From the IMG/VR virus record IMGVR_UViG_3300020455_000616: a stretch of 64,000 nt of DNA; one strand, written 5' to 3'. This document shows, in pieces, positions 26,555-36,175 of this stretch; positions within the stretch are counted from its first letter, which is position 1, and every line of letters starts with the position of its first letter. A program made the translations under genes and the position numbers. The notes beneath the pieces were generated by a model, which was given only the letters and a program-made list of their open reading frames with translations, had not been told where the DNA came from and searched no databases. This DNA comes from a virus.

Positions 26555-27515
26555 GATTGTCCATCACCGCTCCATTTTCATAGAGAAAATCTCTTCTCTC
26601 TTGTTCAGCTTTATCTAAAAAATATTTATCACTCCACTGAGAGATATCTCTCTGCATAAGAATATCAGTATCTTTACCATAAGTGAAAAATTCATCAATA
26701 GTAAAATTATCTCTATCCTGAGTCCACCACTCAACATATGCTTTATAACATTTTAAAAAACTAGGTCTTGGTTGCCAAGAACCATCACTCTTACCACCAT
26801 GATCACTGACTCCAGAGAAGTATGGAACTATAGGTATCATAGGAATAGAATAACAATTACCAGACTGTGCTATAAAATAATCAGGTGATCCTGAAGTCTG
26901 ATCATAACTCATTCCATCATGTATTCCAGAATCTCTATTCATATACACAGAGTTGGCAATAGTATAATCAAACTTATACTTACCATTAATGTAATGCAGA
27001 TCTAATAATTTCTCAGCGTAATGCCTACTCATTAAAGTTGCACCTAAAGAATACTCAGGTCTAGTTGGATGCAAATAAAATGGAACTACATCTGGAGACT
27101 CAAAACCTAACTGAATACTATCCCATCCATATGGCAATCTCTCCATCATATACTCCCAACTAAAATGCCAGAAGTCTTGAAGTCTCAACTCATAATCATC
27201 TTCCATTAAAATGATATAAGGTTCACCAGTACCTTTAGTATCCTCCAACCATTTACGTAGAAGATCTAATAATTGAGATGAATACCAATTAATTATTATA
27301 GAACTTTTATCACAATAATCTCCAACTAACTTCTTATGAAAATCATTAGGCATCTCTCTAATAGGAGGTTGTTCTATCCTAGTAAATCTAATACCTTGAA
27401 CTCTCATATTATATTCCATCCAATGCTTTCTACCAGTTTCACCCCTCACATTGGTATACAATACATGTGGCATGTGCTTTAATTTATCAGCAAAAGCAAA
27501 TTTCTTAACAGTCAT
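26538..27515 (-). CDS. GT25-like glycosyltransferase, copy 4
   Basis: VLYTNV, LMEDDY, PYGWDSIQLG. Confidence 0.75.
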   Translation of the reverse strand: MTVKKFAFADKLKHMPHVLYTNVRGETGRKHWMEYNMRVQGIRFTRIEQPPIREMPNDFHKKLVGDYCDKSSIIINWYSSQLLDLLRKWLEDTKGTGEPYIILMEDDYELRLQDFWHFSWEYMMERLPYGWDSIQLGFESPDVVPFYLHPTRPEYSLGATLMSRHYAEKLLDLHYINGKYKFDYTIANSVYMNRDSGIHDGMSYDQTSGSPDYFIAQSGNCYSIPMIPIVPYFSGVSDHGGKSDGSWQPRPSFLKCYKAYVEWWTQDRDNFTIDEFFTYGKDTDILMQRDISQWSDKYFLDKAEQERRDFLYENGAVMDNHGIKG

Positions 27516-28417
27516 TTTGTCCTGTAACGGTTTAAATATGGTTCCCCGTAAAGTTTATACATTTCACCACTTATATCATAATGCAAAAACTTGTCTGTGT
27601 CTAGTGTCATCTTAGAATCTATAGCATTTCCATAAGTAAAAAAATCATCTAAGGTAAACCTATCTCTCTCATGTGTCCACCAAAAATAATAAGCATTCCT
27701 TGCTTTCAAATCTCCACCATCACGATAATAACTTTGAATTAAACTATTATCCTCAAAACTACCAAAACTTGTATTAATTGATATTAATGGTATGCAATAT
27801 GTTCTACCAGGATGAACCATAAAATAATCTACAGTTCCAGATCCAGCAACTGCTTCACCAGAATTCCAAGCAGCATTAGCAACAGTATTTAATAATGTAT
27901 ATCTATCCCCATCACAATGAAGACTCATAAGTTTTTCAACATATTCTCTATGGATTAAAATTGGTCCAAAATCATGTGCAGATTGTATGGGATGAAGATA
28001 CATTGGCAAACCTTCTGGATTCTCAAACCCCATATGAAGACAGTCCCAATCATAGGGAAGTCTCTCCATTAAATAATCCCAATCAAAATGCCACCTTGAT
28101 ATAAGACTTAGATCATAATCATCTTCCATTAATATTAGATGTGGTTCATCAGTCTCGTTATACCACTTCTTTAAAAACTCAAGATGTGATATTGCATTAG
28201 CAGCAATAGCAGGTAACAAAGTATATTCATCAAAATCCACAATCAAATGATTCCATTCATCTATCTTAGATCCCAAATACTTTGTGCCAGATAATCTACT
28301 ATACTCAATACCAAAATTATCAAACTGTCTCTCCATATACTTCCTTCTATCTGTTCTATTATCCAGATTAAAGTAATATACCTTTGGCATACTTTTTAAT
28401 TTATTATCTAAATCCAT
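27512..28417 (-). CDS. GT25-like glycosyltransferase, copy 3
   Basis: VYYFNLDNRTDRR, LMEDDY, PYDWDCLHMG. Confidence 0.8.
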   Translation of the reverse strand: MDLDNKLKSMPKVYYFNLDNRTDRRKYMERQFDNFGIEYSRLSGTKYLGSKIDEWNHLIVDFDEYTLLPAIAANAISHLEFLKKWYNETDEPHLILMEDDYDLSLISRWHFDWDYLMERLPYDWDCLHMGFENPEGLPMYLHPIQSAHDFGPILIHREYVEKLMSLHCDGDRYTLLNTVANAAWNSGEAVAGSGTVDYFMVHPGRTYCIPLISINTSFGSFEDNSLIQSYYRDGGDLKARNAYYFWWTHERDRFTLDDFFTYGNAIDSKMTLDTDKFLHYDISGEMYKLYGEPYLNRYRTK

Positions 28418-29310
28418 AACAATATCTTTTCTCTAGTCTTATGAACATGATCTGCTCTCATATCAAATGTCACTTCCATCTCATATTCATTATCTCTACC
28501 ATAGCTGAATTGCTCATCTAAAGAATAATTACCAGCAACTTGAGACCACCAATAATCAATAGCATCTGAGGATAATTTATCTCTACATAATCTTACATCA
28601 TATTCATTATCATACTGTAAAAAATTCTCATCCAAATTAAATAAAGGCAACAAATATGTATTACCTAAATTAAACAAAGTAGTTTCAATATTACCATAAT
28701 CATTAGCAGGAATTGATTTATCTCTACATCTATAATGAAGTTTAAATTTACCATCAGGATAATGGAATCTCTTAATCTTCTTAGCAAACAATCTACTAAT
28801 CATATAACATCTAGTAGATCTATGTTCACGTTGCCAAGGATGTAAATTCATAGGAATTTTCTGACTAGCAGAATTAACAAACAATTGAATACAATCCCAA
28901 TTGTAAGGAAGTCTTTTATATGCATACTCCCAATCAAACATCCAATAATTAGACGTATGTAATCTAACAATGTCATCCATTATAATACAGACTTCATCAT
29001 CAGTATTTTCATACCAATTAACTATTGCATCATAATTATCCAGAGTTAATGCAAGTTCATTTTCAAGTAAATATGAATGATCAAAAGACCCCGTAACAAA
29101 TCTACAAGCACCATCATCAGAATAATCATCTGATAATATATCATTCCAGTTTATAGAAGATGAATCTTTAACCTGAGTAGTATATTTCTTTTCATGTCTG
29201 ATATAATCTTTTATGCCATAATGATCAAAGTGCTCAATCATTAATTGATTTTGAGCACTATCTTGTTTAGCATTTAGATATACTATTTTTGGTAATCCTT
29301 TTAACTTCAT
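28408..29310 (-). CDS. GT25-like glycosyltransferase, copy 2 (altered EDD)
   Basis: IVYLNA, IMDDIV, PYNWDCIQL. Confidence 0.7.
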   Translation of the reverse strand: MKLKGLPKIVYLNAKQDSAQNQLMIEHFDHYGIKDYIRHEKKYTTQVKDSSSINWNDILSDDYSDDGACRFVTGSFDHSYLLENELALTLDNYDAIVNWYENTDDEVCIIMDDIVRLHTSNYWMFDWEYAYKRLPYNWDCIQLFVNSASQKIPMNLHPWQREHRSTRCYMISRLFAKKIKRFHYPDGKFKLHYRCRDKSIPANDYGNIETTLFNLGNTYLLPLFNLDENFLQYDNEYDVRLCRDKLSSDAIDYWWSQVAGNYSLDEQFSYGRDNEYEMEVTFDMRADHVHKTREKILLWI

Positions 29311-30179
29311 ATCTTCTTATCATACTGTGGTAGTTTTAATATCATTTCATTATGCACAGGAGAACCCCAACTTAAAATATCATCCGCATTAAATTTACTA
29401 CTCTGAGTTTCCCACCATTTTCTAGTACATGTTGTTGCCAGTATATCATAGATCTTATTATGATATTGAGCAACTACTTCATCATATACTTCTTCATCTT
29501 TATTTGCTTCTTGTCTATTATCTGGTCTAGTTGCAAGTCTTTGATTTAAAGCAAGAAGAGGTAATGTATATGACTTACCAACTTGATATATTAACCAGTC
29601 ATCACTACTATAACATTCTGGTGGAACAGTAACATCTCTTAGACTATTCTTCAATTTAAATGATCCATCTGGTTGAAGATGTAACTTCTTTAACTTCTCA
29701 ACAAAGTGTCTGTTAATAAGAATACATGCAGCAGATGAACTCTCACCAATCCTAGGTGATAAATGCATTCTTAGATAATCATTATGACAATAATATAGTT
29801 GTACTATATCCCAATCATACGGTAGATTATTATATAAAGTCTTCCAATCAAATGGCCAATGATCTATTAGATCCAATGCCAAGTCATCTTGTATTAGAAG
29901 CATATTTTCTGATATACCAGAATCATACCAATCAATAAATGTCCAGAACTCATTCATTACAATTGATGCATCAGATGGAGCAAGAAGCATCAAGTCTAAT
30001 TTTTTTCCCCACTCATTTATTTTACTAGTATGAAATCTATTAGCAGATACCCTAGTATAATCTGTGATATCCCACTTACTAAATTCATTCTCAAGGTGTG
30101 CCTTCCTCTCAGTTCTATGATCCATATTAAGATAATAGATGGGAGGTAGTCCCTTCAATTTATCATCAAACTTTGTCAT
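29307..30179 (-). CDS. GT25-like glycosyltransferase, copy 1
   Basis: IYYLNMDHRTERK, LIQDDL, PYDWDIVQL. Confidence 0.75.
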   Translation of the reverse strand: MTKFDDKLKGLPPIYYLNMDHRTERKAHLENEFSKWDITDYTRVSANRFHTSKINEWGKKLDLMLLAPSDASIVMNEFWTFIDWYDSGISENMLLIQDDLALDLIDHWPFDWKTLYNNLPYDWDIVQLYYCHNDYLRMHLSPRIGESSSAACILINRHFVEKLKKLHLQPDGSFKLKNSLRDVTVPPECYSSDDWLIYQVGKSYTLPLLALNQRLATRPDNRQEANKDEEVYDEVVAQYHNKIYDILATTCTRKWWETQSSKFNADDILSWGSPVHNEMILKLPQYDKKI

Positions 30180-30804
30180 GTTTAAATACTGTCAAACTTG
30201 GTAGATAAGGATAATCTAAAGAACACCATTTTAGAGTTGGTGCGTTTACTGCTGTTTGAAATTTTTCTAATCCCTCAGAAGCCTTCTCTGGTGTCATATA
30301 ATAATGATAACCCATAACATCTATATCTTGATCTCTCCAAGGTCTATAAAAATCCCTACCATCACATGACATCTTCTTTAGATAATAATGTGCTGTGGGA
30401 TTATCAGTAAGAATCATACCACCACGTCCTAATGATAAATGTTTTCTTTGTTGAAAACTTAAACAAAAATATGTATTAGGAATATAAGAATCCTTCTTCC
30501 AATAAACAGCAGCATCAATTATATTTGTCTCTTTAATATAATAAAAATCACTCCAAGTAGAATCATCCCACTTCCATTCAATACCACCTATCTTCTTCAT
30601 TATCAAAGGTACTGATAAGTAAGTATGAGTAGGAATAACAGCACGATCAAACCTCTCATATCTCATACACAATTCTATAGCATGAGTACATGAGTCAACT
30701 GCTATCGCATAAGGAGCACCATAAAAATTAGCAATAGTTTGTTCAAACTGATATACTGCTGAATCTCTTTCTACTTGATCATTCTGCGGAATTGTATAAC
30801 TCAT
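30166..30804 (-). CDS. DegT/DnrJ/EryC1/StrS-family PLP aminotransferase (compact, 212 aa)
   Basis: FEQTIANFYGAPYAIAVDSCTHA, DAA (PLP Asp), SFQQRKHLSLGRGGMI (Schiff-base Lys). Confidence 0.85.
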   Translation of the reverse strand: MSYTIPQNDQVERDSAVYQFEQTIANFYGAPYAIAVDSCTHAIELCMRYERFDRAVIPTHTYLSVPLIMKKIGGIEWKWDDSTWSDFYYIKETNIIDAAVYWKKDSYIPNTYFCLSFQQRKHLSLGRGGMILTDNPTAHYYLKKMSCDGRDFYRPWRDQDIDVMGYHYYMTPEKASEGLEKFQTAVNAPTLKWCSLDYPYLPSLTVFKHDKV

Positions 30805-31501
30805 AATCTAAAGAATAAAATTTATTAAAAGCATCCATGTCAGGTTCAATGTATCTATGGAATACCTTCTTAGCTAACATAGTACAATTTGGCACAAAAT
30901 ATTTAGAGTCTCTTAAATGACCTATATCTAGATCCTTATGTTGCCTACCTTTAAAACTTTTCAAAAAATTATTAACCTTTTCATTTAAATGATTATCTAA
31001 TTTTAATAACTTTATATTACCATTATAGTCTGTACATAGTCTTAAAAATAAATGCTGCGGAGCAGTATGCTCATCAAATACATACTTCTTATTTTGAACT
31101 TGTTTGATTACCCATTCAGTAGGTGCTTTATATCTACACATAAATTCATTAAGTCCAGAAATCCATCTACTAATAGGATCTCTAGACATTGAAAAAAATG
31201 TATATCCACTATCAACTAAAAAGTTTGCCATGTGGTCATAATCATTTGCTTTAGGAAACTTCTCAAGAGGAATAAAACTTTCTCCCTCCATTTTAAATGC
31301 TGATGTTATTGATGTACTACCACACTTATCAACATGCAAGTAAACTAATTGTCTTCTAACATCTAGATAACAATTAATAAAACCATCTCTATGAATTGCT
31401 TGATCTGGCAACCCCTTATGTAATTTAAAAGTAAAGGTAGAACAGTACTCAGGATACTCATCAACCAAATAATCAATAACAGCTTTTCTTAATTTAACCA
31501 T
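30779..31501 (-). CDS. sulfotransferase family protein
   Basis: YLHVDKCGSTSI 5'-PSB loop, RDPISRWISG 3'-PB motif, DEHTAPQ. Confidence 0.75.
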   Translation of the reverse strand: MVKLRKAVIDYLVDEYPEYCSTFTFKLHKGLPDQAIHRDGFINCYLDVRRQLVYLHVDKCGSTSITSAFKMEGESFIPLEKFPKANDYDHMANFLVDSGYTFFSMSRDPISRWISGLNEFMCRYKAPTEWVIKQVQNKKYVFDEHTAPQHLFLRLCTDYNGNIKLLKLDNHLNEKVNNFLKSFKGRQHKDLDIGHLRDSKYFVPNCTMLAKKVFHRYIEPDMDAFNKFYSLDYELYNSAE

Positions 31502-31842
31502 GGCTTAGGTACAGTCGGCATCTTCTTAACTGTATCTTGAATCAAAGGTAACATATCATTTTCAACTCTCTCTGCAATCTTATCAATAACATTAACATCT
31601 ATATCCATAAACGGTGGAATGATTCCTAAAATTCTTAATAAACCATCTACAAATAATGCTAATGCTGTAAACCCAAGTATCATACTAATAATAGTGGCAT
31701 CACGATTATGTTTTGCCATTGAAGCTTCATCAATTGCTTTTGCTTCGTCCACGGCAGACTTAATTAGGAGATCTACTTCTTTCTTTGTATAAAATCCACC
31801 TATTCCAGGTATGTCGTGTATGTCATATCTTCTTGGACTCAT
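31489..31842 (-). CDS. membrane hypothetical protein
   Basis: One TM (ISMILGFTALALFVDGLLRILG). Confidence 0.7.
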   Translation of the reverse strand: MSPRRYDIHDIPGIGGFYTKKEVDLLIKSAVDEAKAIDEASMAKHNRDATIISMILGFTALALFVDGLLRILGIIPPFMDIDVNVIDKIAERVENDMLPLIQDTVKKMPTVPKPWLN

Positions 31843-31851
31843 AAACCTCCT

Positions 31852-32151
31852 TTAGTATATTGGTGTAAGAGGATTCGTTGGGTGGTATAAAGCGTCCTCT
31901 CTTTCCCAAGAATCTATCATGTCGGGAATTTCTGATCTTGGCACATACATTGGATGATCATAAGGATCAGGTCCAATTAACTCAAAGCGAACAGCATCCA
32001 AAATTCTATTAAAAGATCTTGACATCTGACGATATCCAGATCCAACATATATTTGTCCAGCAAAAACGGATACAGTGGCTACACCCCAAAAGATGTAATA
32101 AAATTTAGACTTCACTTGGTTTCTCGCTTTAGTTATTTTTTGATTAGTCAT
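31852..32151 (-). CDS. membrane hypothetical protein
   Basis: Start moved to MTNQKI; TM FYYIFWGVATVSVFAGQIYVG. Confidence 0.7.
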   Translation of the reverse strand: MTNQKITKARNQVKSKFYYIFWGVATVSVFAGQIYVGSGYRQMSRSFNRILDAVRFELIGPDPYDHPMYVPRSEIPDMIDSWEREDALYHPTNPLTPIY

Positions 32152-32644
32152 GTGCAGTAATTTGCATAGTATATCTGTTGGTTGATCCAACGTTAGCCGC
32201 AATATGCGGAGTGTCACCTCGCCACATTATATATTCTCCCTTAGTCCAGTTTACTACAGGTTTTGTGTCAACCTCAAAGTAATGTCCTGATTCCCAATCA
32301 TTTAGGAATATTAATATTCTACAGATATTTTCTAGTTTGTCAAGATTATGTAATGACTTATACCGAGGATAAGTATCCCTATGCTCTGGCATAATAGTTC
32401 CTGGTGGCATACAATAAACAGATGAACAAGCATCTTGTAAATTATATTTACTAACAAGATGATCCTTAACATCCAGACACCACTCAGGTATTCCCCGATA
32501 TTCCTCTAATAATAATCCTGTATAGTTAACATAAAGATGTCCTATAGACTTCCATTTTTGTACAGTCTTATCACATGGGAATTGTCTTCTATCTGGGTAA
32601 TCAATCTCGGCAGGATCACCCATTAAATCTAGAGGTATATTCAA
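32144..32644 (-). CDS. 2OG-Fe(II)/AspH-like cupin oxygenase
   Basis: MPPGTIMPEHRD, WRGDTPHIAAN, RYTMQIT. Confidence 0.75.
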   Translation of the reverse strand: MNIPLDLMGDPAEIDYPDRRQFPCDKTVQKWKSIGHLYVNYTGLLLEEYRGIPEWCLDVKDHLVSKYNLQDACSSVYCMPPGTIMPEHRDTYPRYKSLHNLDKLENICRILIFLNDWESGHYFEVDTKPVVNWTKGEYIMWRGDTPHIAANVGSTNRYTMQITAHD

Positions 32645-34017
32645 AATGTAAACCCTCCAAATTTATCTTTAAATTTAGTTTCAGGAGTATCCTCTTTATC
32701 ATGACCATTATCATTTACACCTTCTTGTGCATTCTGTTCAACATCATATAATCTCATCTTGGCACGATCTATACCTACAATAAATCTCTTGAACATTGTA
32801 GGATCGTTGTAGCGATTTTTTAACTGCTTCACCATGATCTGATTCATACCTTCCAACTCTTCTGTAGAAATAAGGGCAAACATAAAGTCAGCAGTAGCAG
32901 GGAGTCCAAAAGACTCAGAGGTGTCAGTAAGGTCAACATCAGAACTACCAAACCCGCTACGAGTAGTTTGAGTGGCAGATATAATCGGAACGTTCGCCTC
33001 AACTGCGAGACCCCTAAGTTCCTCTGCGATTGCTTTGATATAGGAGTATGAGTTGACTGTTGAGTTTCCACGGTATCTTGATGACGCACAAATATTTAAG
33101 TAGTCTATGAATATTATATCAGGTTTAAATGACTTCTTCAATGCAAGTTCATTAAGCAATGCTTTAAAATGTCCTGAGTGTGCAGATGCAGTAGGATACT
33201 CTTTAATAATAAGTTGTCCCTGTGTCTTACCCATAAGATTATCAATCTTCCCTTGGAACATTAGTTTAGGGAGATCTGTTATATCTTGTATGTTGACATT
33301 AAGTAAATTAGCATCAATCCTCTCCGCAATCTTTTCCTCTGCCATTTCCATTGTAATGTAGAGAACATTTTTGCCTTGGAACAACACTGAGCTTGCCACA
33401 TGACACATGAATAAAGACTTTCCAACACCTGTGCCAGCAAGAGCAATGTTGAGAGTCTTATTCGGTACTCCACCTTTTGTAATCTTGTTAAAGTATTCAA
33501 GATCAAATGGAATTTTTTCTTCCTTCTTATGATAATACTCATATCGTTCATCAACATTACCAAAGTAATCGTGCCCTATATTATTATCGAAAGAAACAGC
33601 CAGAGCGTCAGACAAAATACTAGGAATAGCATCCCTTCCTTTCTTGTCATCTTGTCCATCTGCTATCCCTATTGATTCCATTAGTGCTAAGTATATAGCA
33701 CGTTCCCTACACCATTTCTCAGTGGAATCTAATAACCACTGTTCATCTTGAGGACTCTTTTCAAGATTACCAACTAAGATCTGAACATCTTTAAGAAGTT
33801 GTTCTGTAAGATCTTTACGATTTGATACCTCAATTAAAAGTGCTTCAACTGTTATCTGAGTATCATACTTAGATATGAATTGAACTACTTCTTCAAAAAC
33901 TAATTTTTGTCCTTGCTCTTGAAAATAATCAGGTTCAATAAAAGGAATTACCTTCCTAGAATAATCCTCATTATGTAAAAGATTCTGTAGGATAGTTACT
34001 TCTATAGTATCCATCAC
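32641..34017 (-). CDS. g41: replicative helicase (T4 gp41)
   Basis: LAGTGVGKS Walker A, FIDY Walker B, SESFGLPATAD, KNRY. Confidence 0.97.
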   Translation of the reverse strand: MMDTIEVTILQNLLHNEDYSRKVIPFIEPDYFQEQGQKLVFEEVVQFISKYDTQITVEALLIEVSNRKDLTEQLLKDVQILVGNLEKSPQDEQWLLDSTEKWCRERAIYLALMESIGIADGQDDKKGRDAIPSILSDALAVSFDNNIGHDYFGNVDERYEYYHKKEEKIPFDLEYFNKITKGGVPNKTLNIALAGTGVGKSLFMCHVASSVLFQGKNVLYITMEMAEEKIAERIDANLLNVNIQDITDLPKLMFQGKIDNLMGKTQGQLIIKEYPTASAHSGHFKALLNELALKKSFKPDIIFIDYLNICASSRYRGNSTVNSYSYIKAIAEELRGLAVEANVPIISATQTTRSGFGSSDVDLTDTSESFGLPATADFMFALISTEELEGMNQIMVKQLKNRYNDPTMFKRFIVGIDRAKMRLYDVEQNAQEGVNDNGHDKEDTPETKFKDKFGGFTF

Positions 34018-35018
34018 ATACCATAACTAAATTCTTCTTTTGCTATAACGTCTAATTTTTGTAATATATCTTCTGTAAAATACTCTTCAGGATCTTTGTA
34101 TATCGCTTTGGCATATACTTTCTTACCATTGATCTCGTATCTACCTGCTACATTTTTCCACAACCCTCCAATCTCACCAAGTTCAAGGAGACCATAGTAA
34201 CGATCTAGACCACGTTCATCGTAGTAAAGACGAATGGTTACTTCTTTGTTTTCTTTTGAGAGTCTTGATTTATGTGTCTTAGCTTTAATAAGGTTTCCAA
34301 CAACCTCGCTCTGATCCTTTTCCTTTTTTTTGCTGAGATAAATGATTGTAGACGAGGCATATTTGAGACCAGAGCCTCCTCCCATTTCTTTAGTTGGGAC
34401 ATAAGATCCGATAACATCGTAAGTGTGATTTGTGACTATAAGTGGTATTTTTGCTTGACCTAGTTTTAATGTTAGCATACGAAATGCTCCTTTGACAAGT
34501 TGAGATTTGGTCATGTCTCTAACCTGCTTATCATCTAATGCATCTCTGATTTCTTTTTCAGTAGATAACATACCCAGAGAGTCTAACACAAACATACATG
34601 GTTTGCGATCACTCTCATCCTTCTTTAAGTATATATCAACTGCTCTAAGTGCTTTACTTCTAAACTCTTCTATGGTTACTACATTCACCACTACGATTCT
34701 ATCTAAATCCACCCCACGGGACTCAAGTAATCCTTTATTAACAGCAGCTTCAGTATCGAAATAAAGACAGTAACCGTCAGGATTATTGTCCAAAAAGTTC
34801 TTGACAACTGCGAGGGAGAAGAAAGTTTTTCCAGTAGAGGACTCACCAGCAATAGCGGTAATACGACTACGAGACGCACCACCAAACACACTACCTGATA
34901 ACAAGCTATTAAAAATGAACGAACCCGTATCAATAAAAGATTCGGTGTCGTCGATGTCTTTTCCAAGTTGGGTGTACTCATCACCTATCTCCTTGACAAT
35001 CTCCTTCAAAAAATCCAT
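34014..35018 (-). CDS. uvsX: RecA-like recombinase UvsX
   Basis: GESSTGKT Walker A, LDSLG, MGGGSGLKY. Confidence 0.96.
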   Translation of the reverse strand: MDFLKEIVKEIGDEYTQLGKDIDDTESFIDTGSFIFNSLLSGSVFGGASRSRITAIAGESSTGKTFFSLAVVKNFLDNNPDGYCLYFDTEAAVNKGLLESRGVDLDRIVVVNVVTIEEFRSKALRAVDIYLKKDESDRKPCMFVLDSLGMLSTEKEIRDALDDKQVRDMTKSQLVKGAFRMLTLKLGQAKIPLIVTNHTYDVIGSYVPTKEMGGGSGLKYASSTIIYLSKKKEKDQSEVVGNLIKAKTHKSRLSKENKEVTIRLYYDERGLDRYYGLLELGEIGGLWKNVAGRYEINGKKVYAKAIYKDPEEYFTEDILQKLDVIAKEEFSYGM

Positions 35019-35020
35019 AA

Positions 35021-35323
35021 TTAATCTTCATGTTTGTGTTCGAGTTTACCAGACATCTTATATGCCTCTTTGTTTCCACCATGACCATGTGCAATGCCTA
35101 GTTCATGCATCTTAGAATGTTCATCTATCTGATCTCTTAGGTTCTTCTTACCTGATCCAAACGTAAGATAAAGACCATAAATCATTAAACCTAGAACAAC
35201 TAGACCAAAGAACAAAATGAATCCTTGATCAGGAGTAAGATTTAGATGATTAATTAATGGTTTTTTACAGTCTGTCCATGTGCCAGGTAAATGATACACT
35301 GGAGGGCATGATAGAAAAGTCAT
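35021..35323 (-). CDS. psbN: PsbN-like photosystem assembly protein with N- and C-terminal extensions
   Basis: TM followed by YGLYLTFGSGKKNLRDQIDEH, similar to PsbN Y.lYtaFG..skqLrDPfeeH; ends HKHED. Confidence 0.6.
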   Translation of the reverse strand: MTFLSCPPVYHLPGTWTDCKKPLINHLNLTPDQGFILFFGLVVLGLMIYGLYLTFGSGKKNLRDQIDEHSKMHELGIAHGHGGNKEAYKMSGKLEHKHED

Positions 35324-35345
35324 TGCAGTAAACTTAGTATAGGTA

Positions 35346-36005
35346 TTATAGCACGTCCCAAAGCATATTACCAGAAATGGTTACTCTCTCATCATCACAA
35401 TTATAATATGGATATACTTGATGACGTAGTGATGAAGGGAATACAAGCATAGTCCCTTGCATATCCTTATCTAGCCAGATTGGATACTCCCCAACTTCTC
35501 CTAAAATATTACTGTAAGCAAAAACAAAATCAGATGCTGCTGGACCTGCGGAATGGGAACTAAAAGGAAGTGCATGTTGATCTCTCCAATCAGTAGGAAT
35601 CTTCATAAAGATAACAAAAGAAAGTATACCACTATGACGATGACTAGGATTAAACTCAGTTTGATTTTGAAAATTAACCCACCAAGATAAACCGATATCT
35701 ATTAATTTTTCATTCATTAATGGGATTTGCCATCTTTTATCGGTACTCACTGCATTAGAATAAAATTCTTGTGTGAGTGGACCTATAACAGCATTTAAAA
35801 AATAGTTATCTCCCAAAGTTGAAGACTTATCTTCTAACGTTAAACTCTTTGAAATATTACCTGCTAAATGTTTATTACAATTTTGATCATCAATCTTTGC
35901 TTGTTCTATCCTTTCCCAGAGATAGTCCATAACCTCTGGTTTAAGTCTAGTTGAGTAAAGTTGAATATTTGGTAGATCAAACGCATTCCATTCAATACCT
36001 TCCAT
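35346..36005 (-). CDS. putative 2OG-Fe(II) oxygenase
   Basis: WVNFQ...FNPSHRH, LSFVIF, FPSSLRHQVYP, RVTISGN. Confidence 0.8.
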   Translation of the reverse strand: MEGIEWNAFDLPNIQLYSTRLKPEVMDYLWERIEQAKIDDQNCNKHLAGNISKSLTLEDKSSTLGDNYFLNAVIGPLTQEFYSNAVSTDKRWQIPLMNEKLIDIGLSWWVNFQNQTEFNPSHRHSGILSFVIFMKIPTDWRDQHALPFSSHSAGPAASDFVFAYSNILGEVGEYPIWLDKDMQGTMLVFPSSLRHQVYPYYNCDDERVTISGNMLWDVL

Positions 36006-36175
36006 TAGAACACCATTCCATATTTCTCTCTAATAATTTTTTTGTAAGGACCACCAGGATTCTCATCTCTAGTCTCTTTTACAATCTTCAACTTTTGAAA
36101 GAGTGATGTATCACCACCTAAGTGCAATGCATTTATAATAGTAGATAACTCTTTATCGTCGATAGGTAAGTCCAT
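36005..36175 (-). CDS. small hypothetical protein
   Basis: Start moved to MDLPID, abutting the g43 stop. Confidence 0.65.
   Translation of the reverse strand: MDLPIDDKELSTIINALHLGGDTSLFQKLKIVKETRDENPGGPYKKIIREKYGMVF

Noticed and set aside
30166-30804. Short DegT gene as a pseudogene
   Set aside because: The PLP-binding Asp and Lys are intact and the ORF overlaps both neighbours, leaving no room for a lost fragment
22710-31501. Glycosylation island as a TET/5hmC DNA hypermodification system
   Set aside because: No C5-methyltransferase or dCMP hydroxymethylase is seen in the window and both methylases are amino-type (DPPY, SPPY); not excluded genome-wide, but unsupported here
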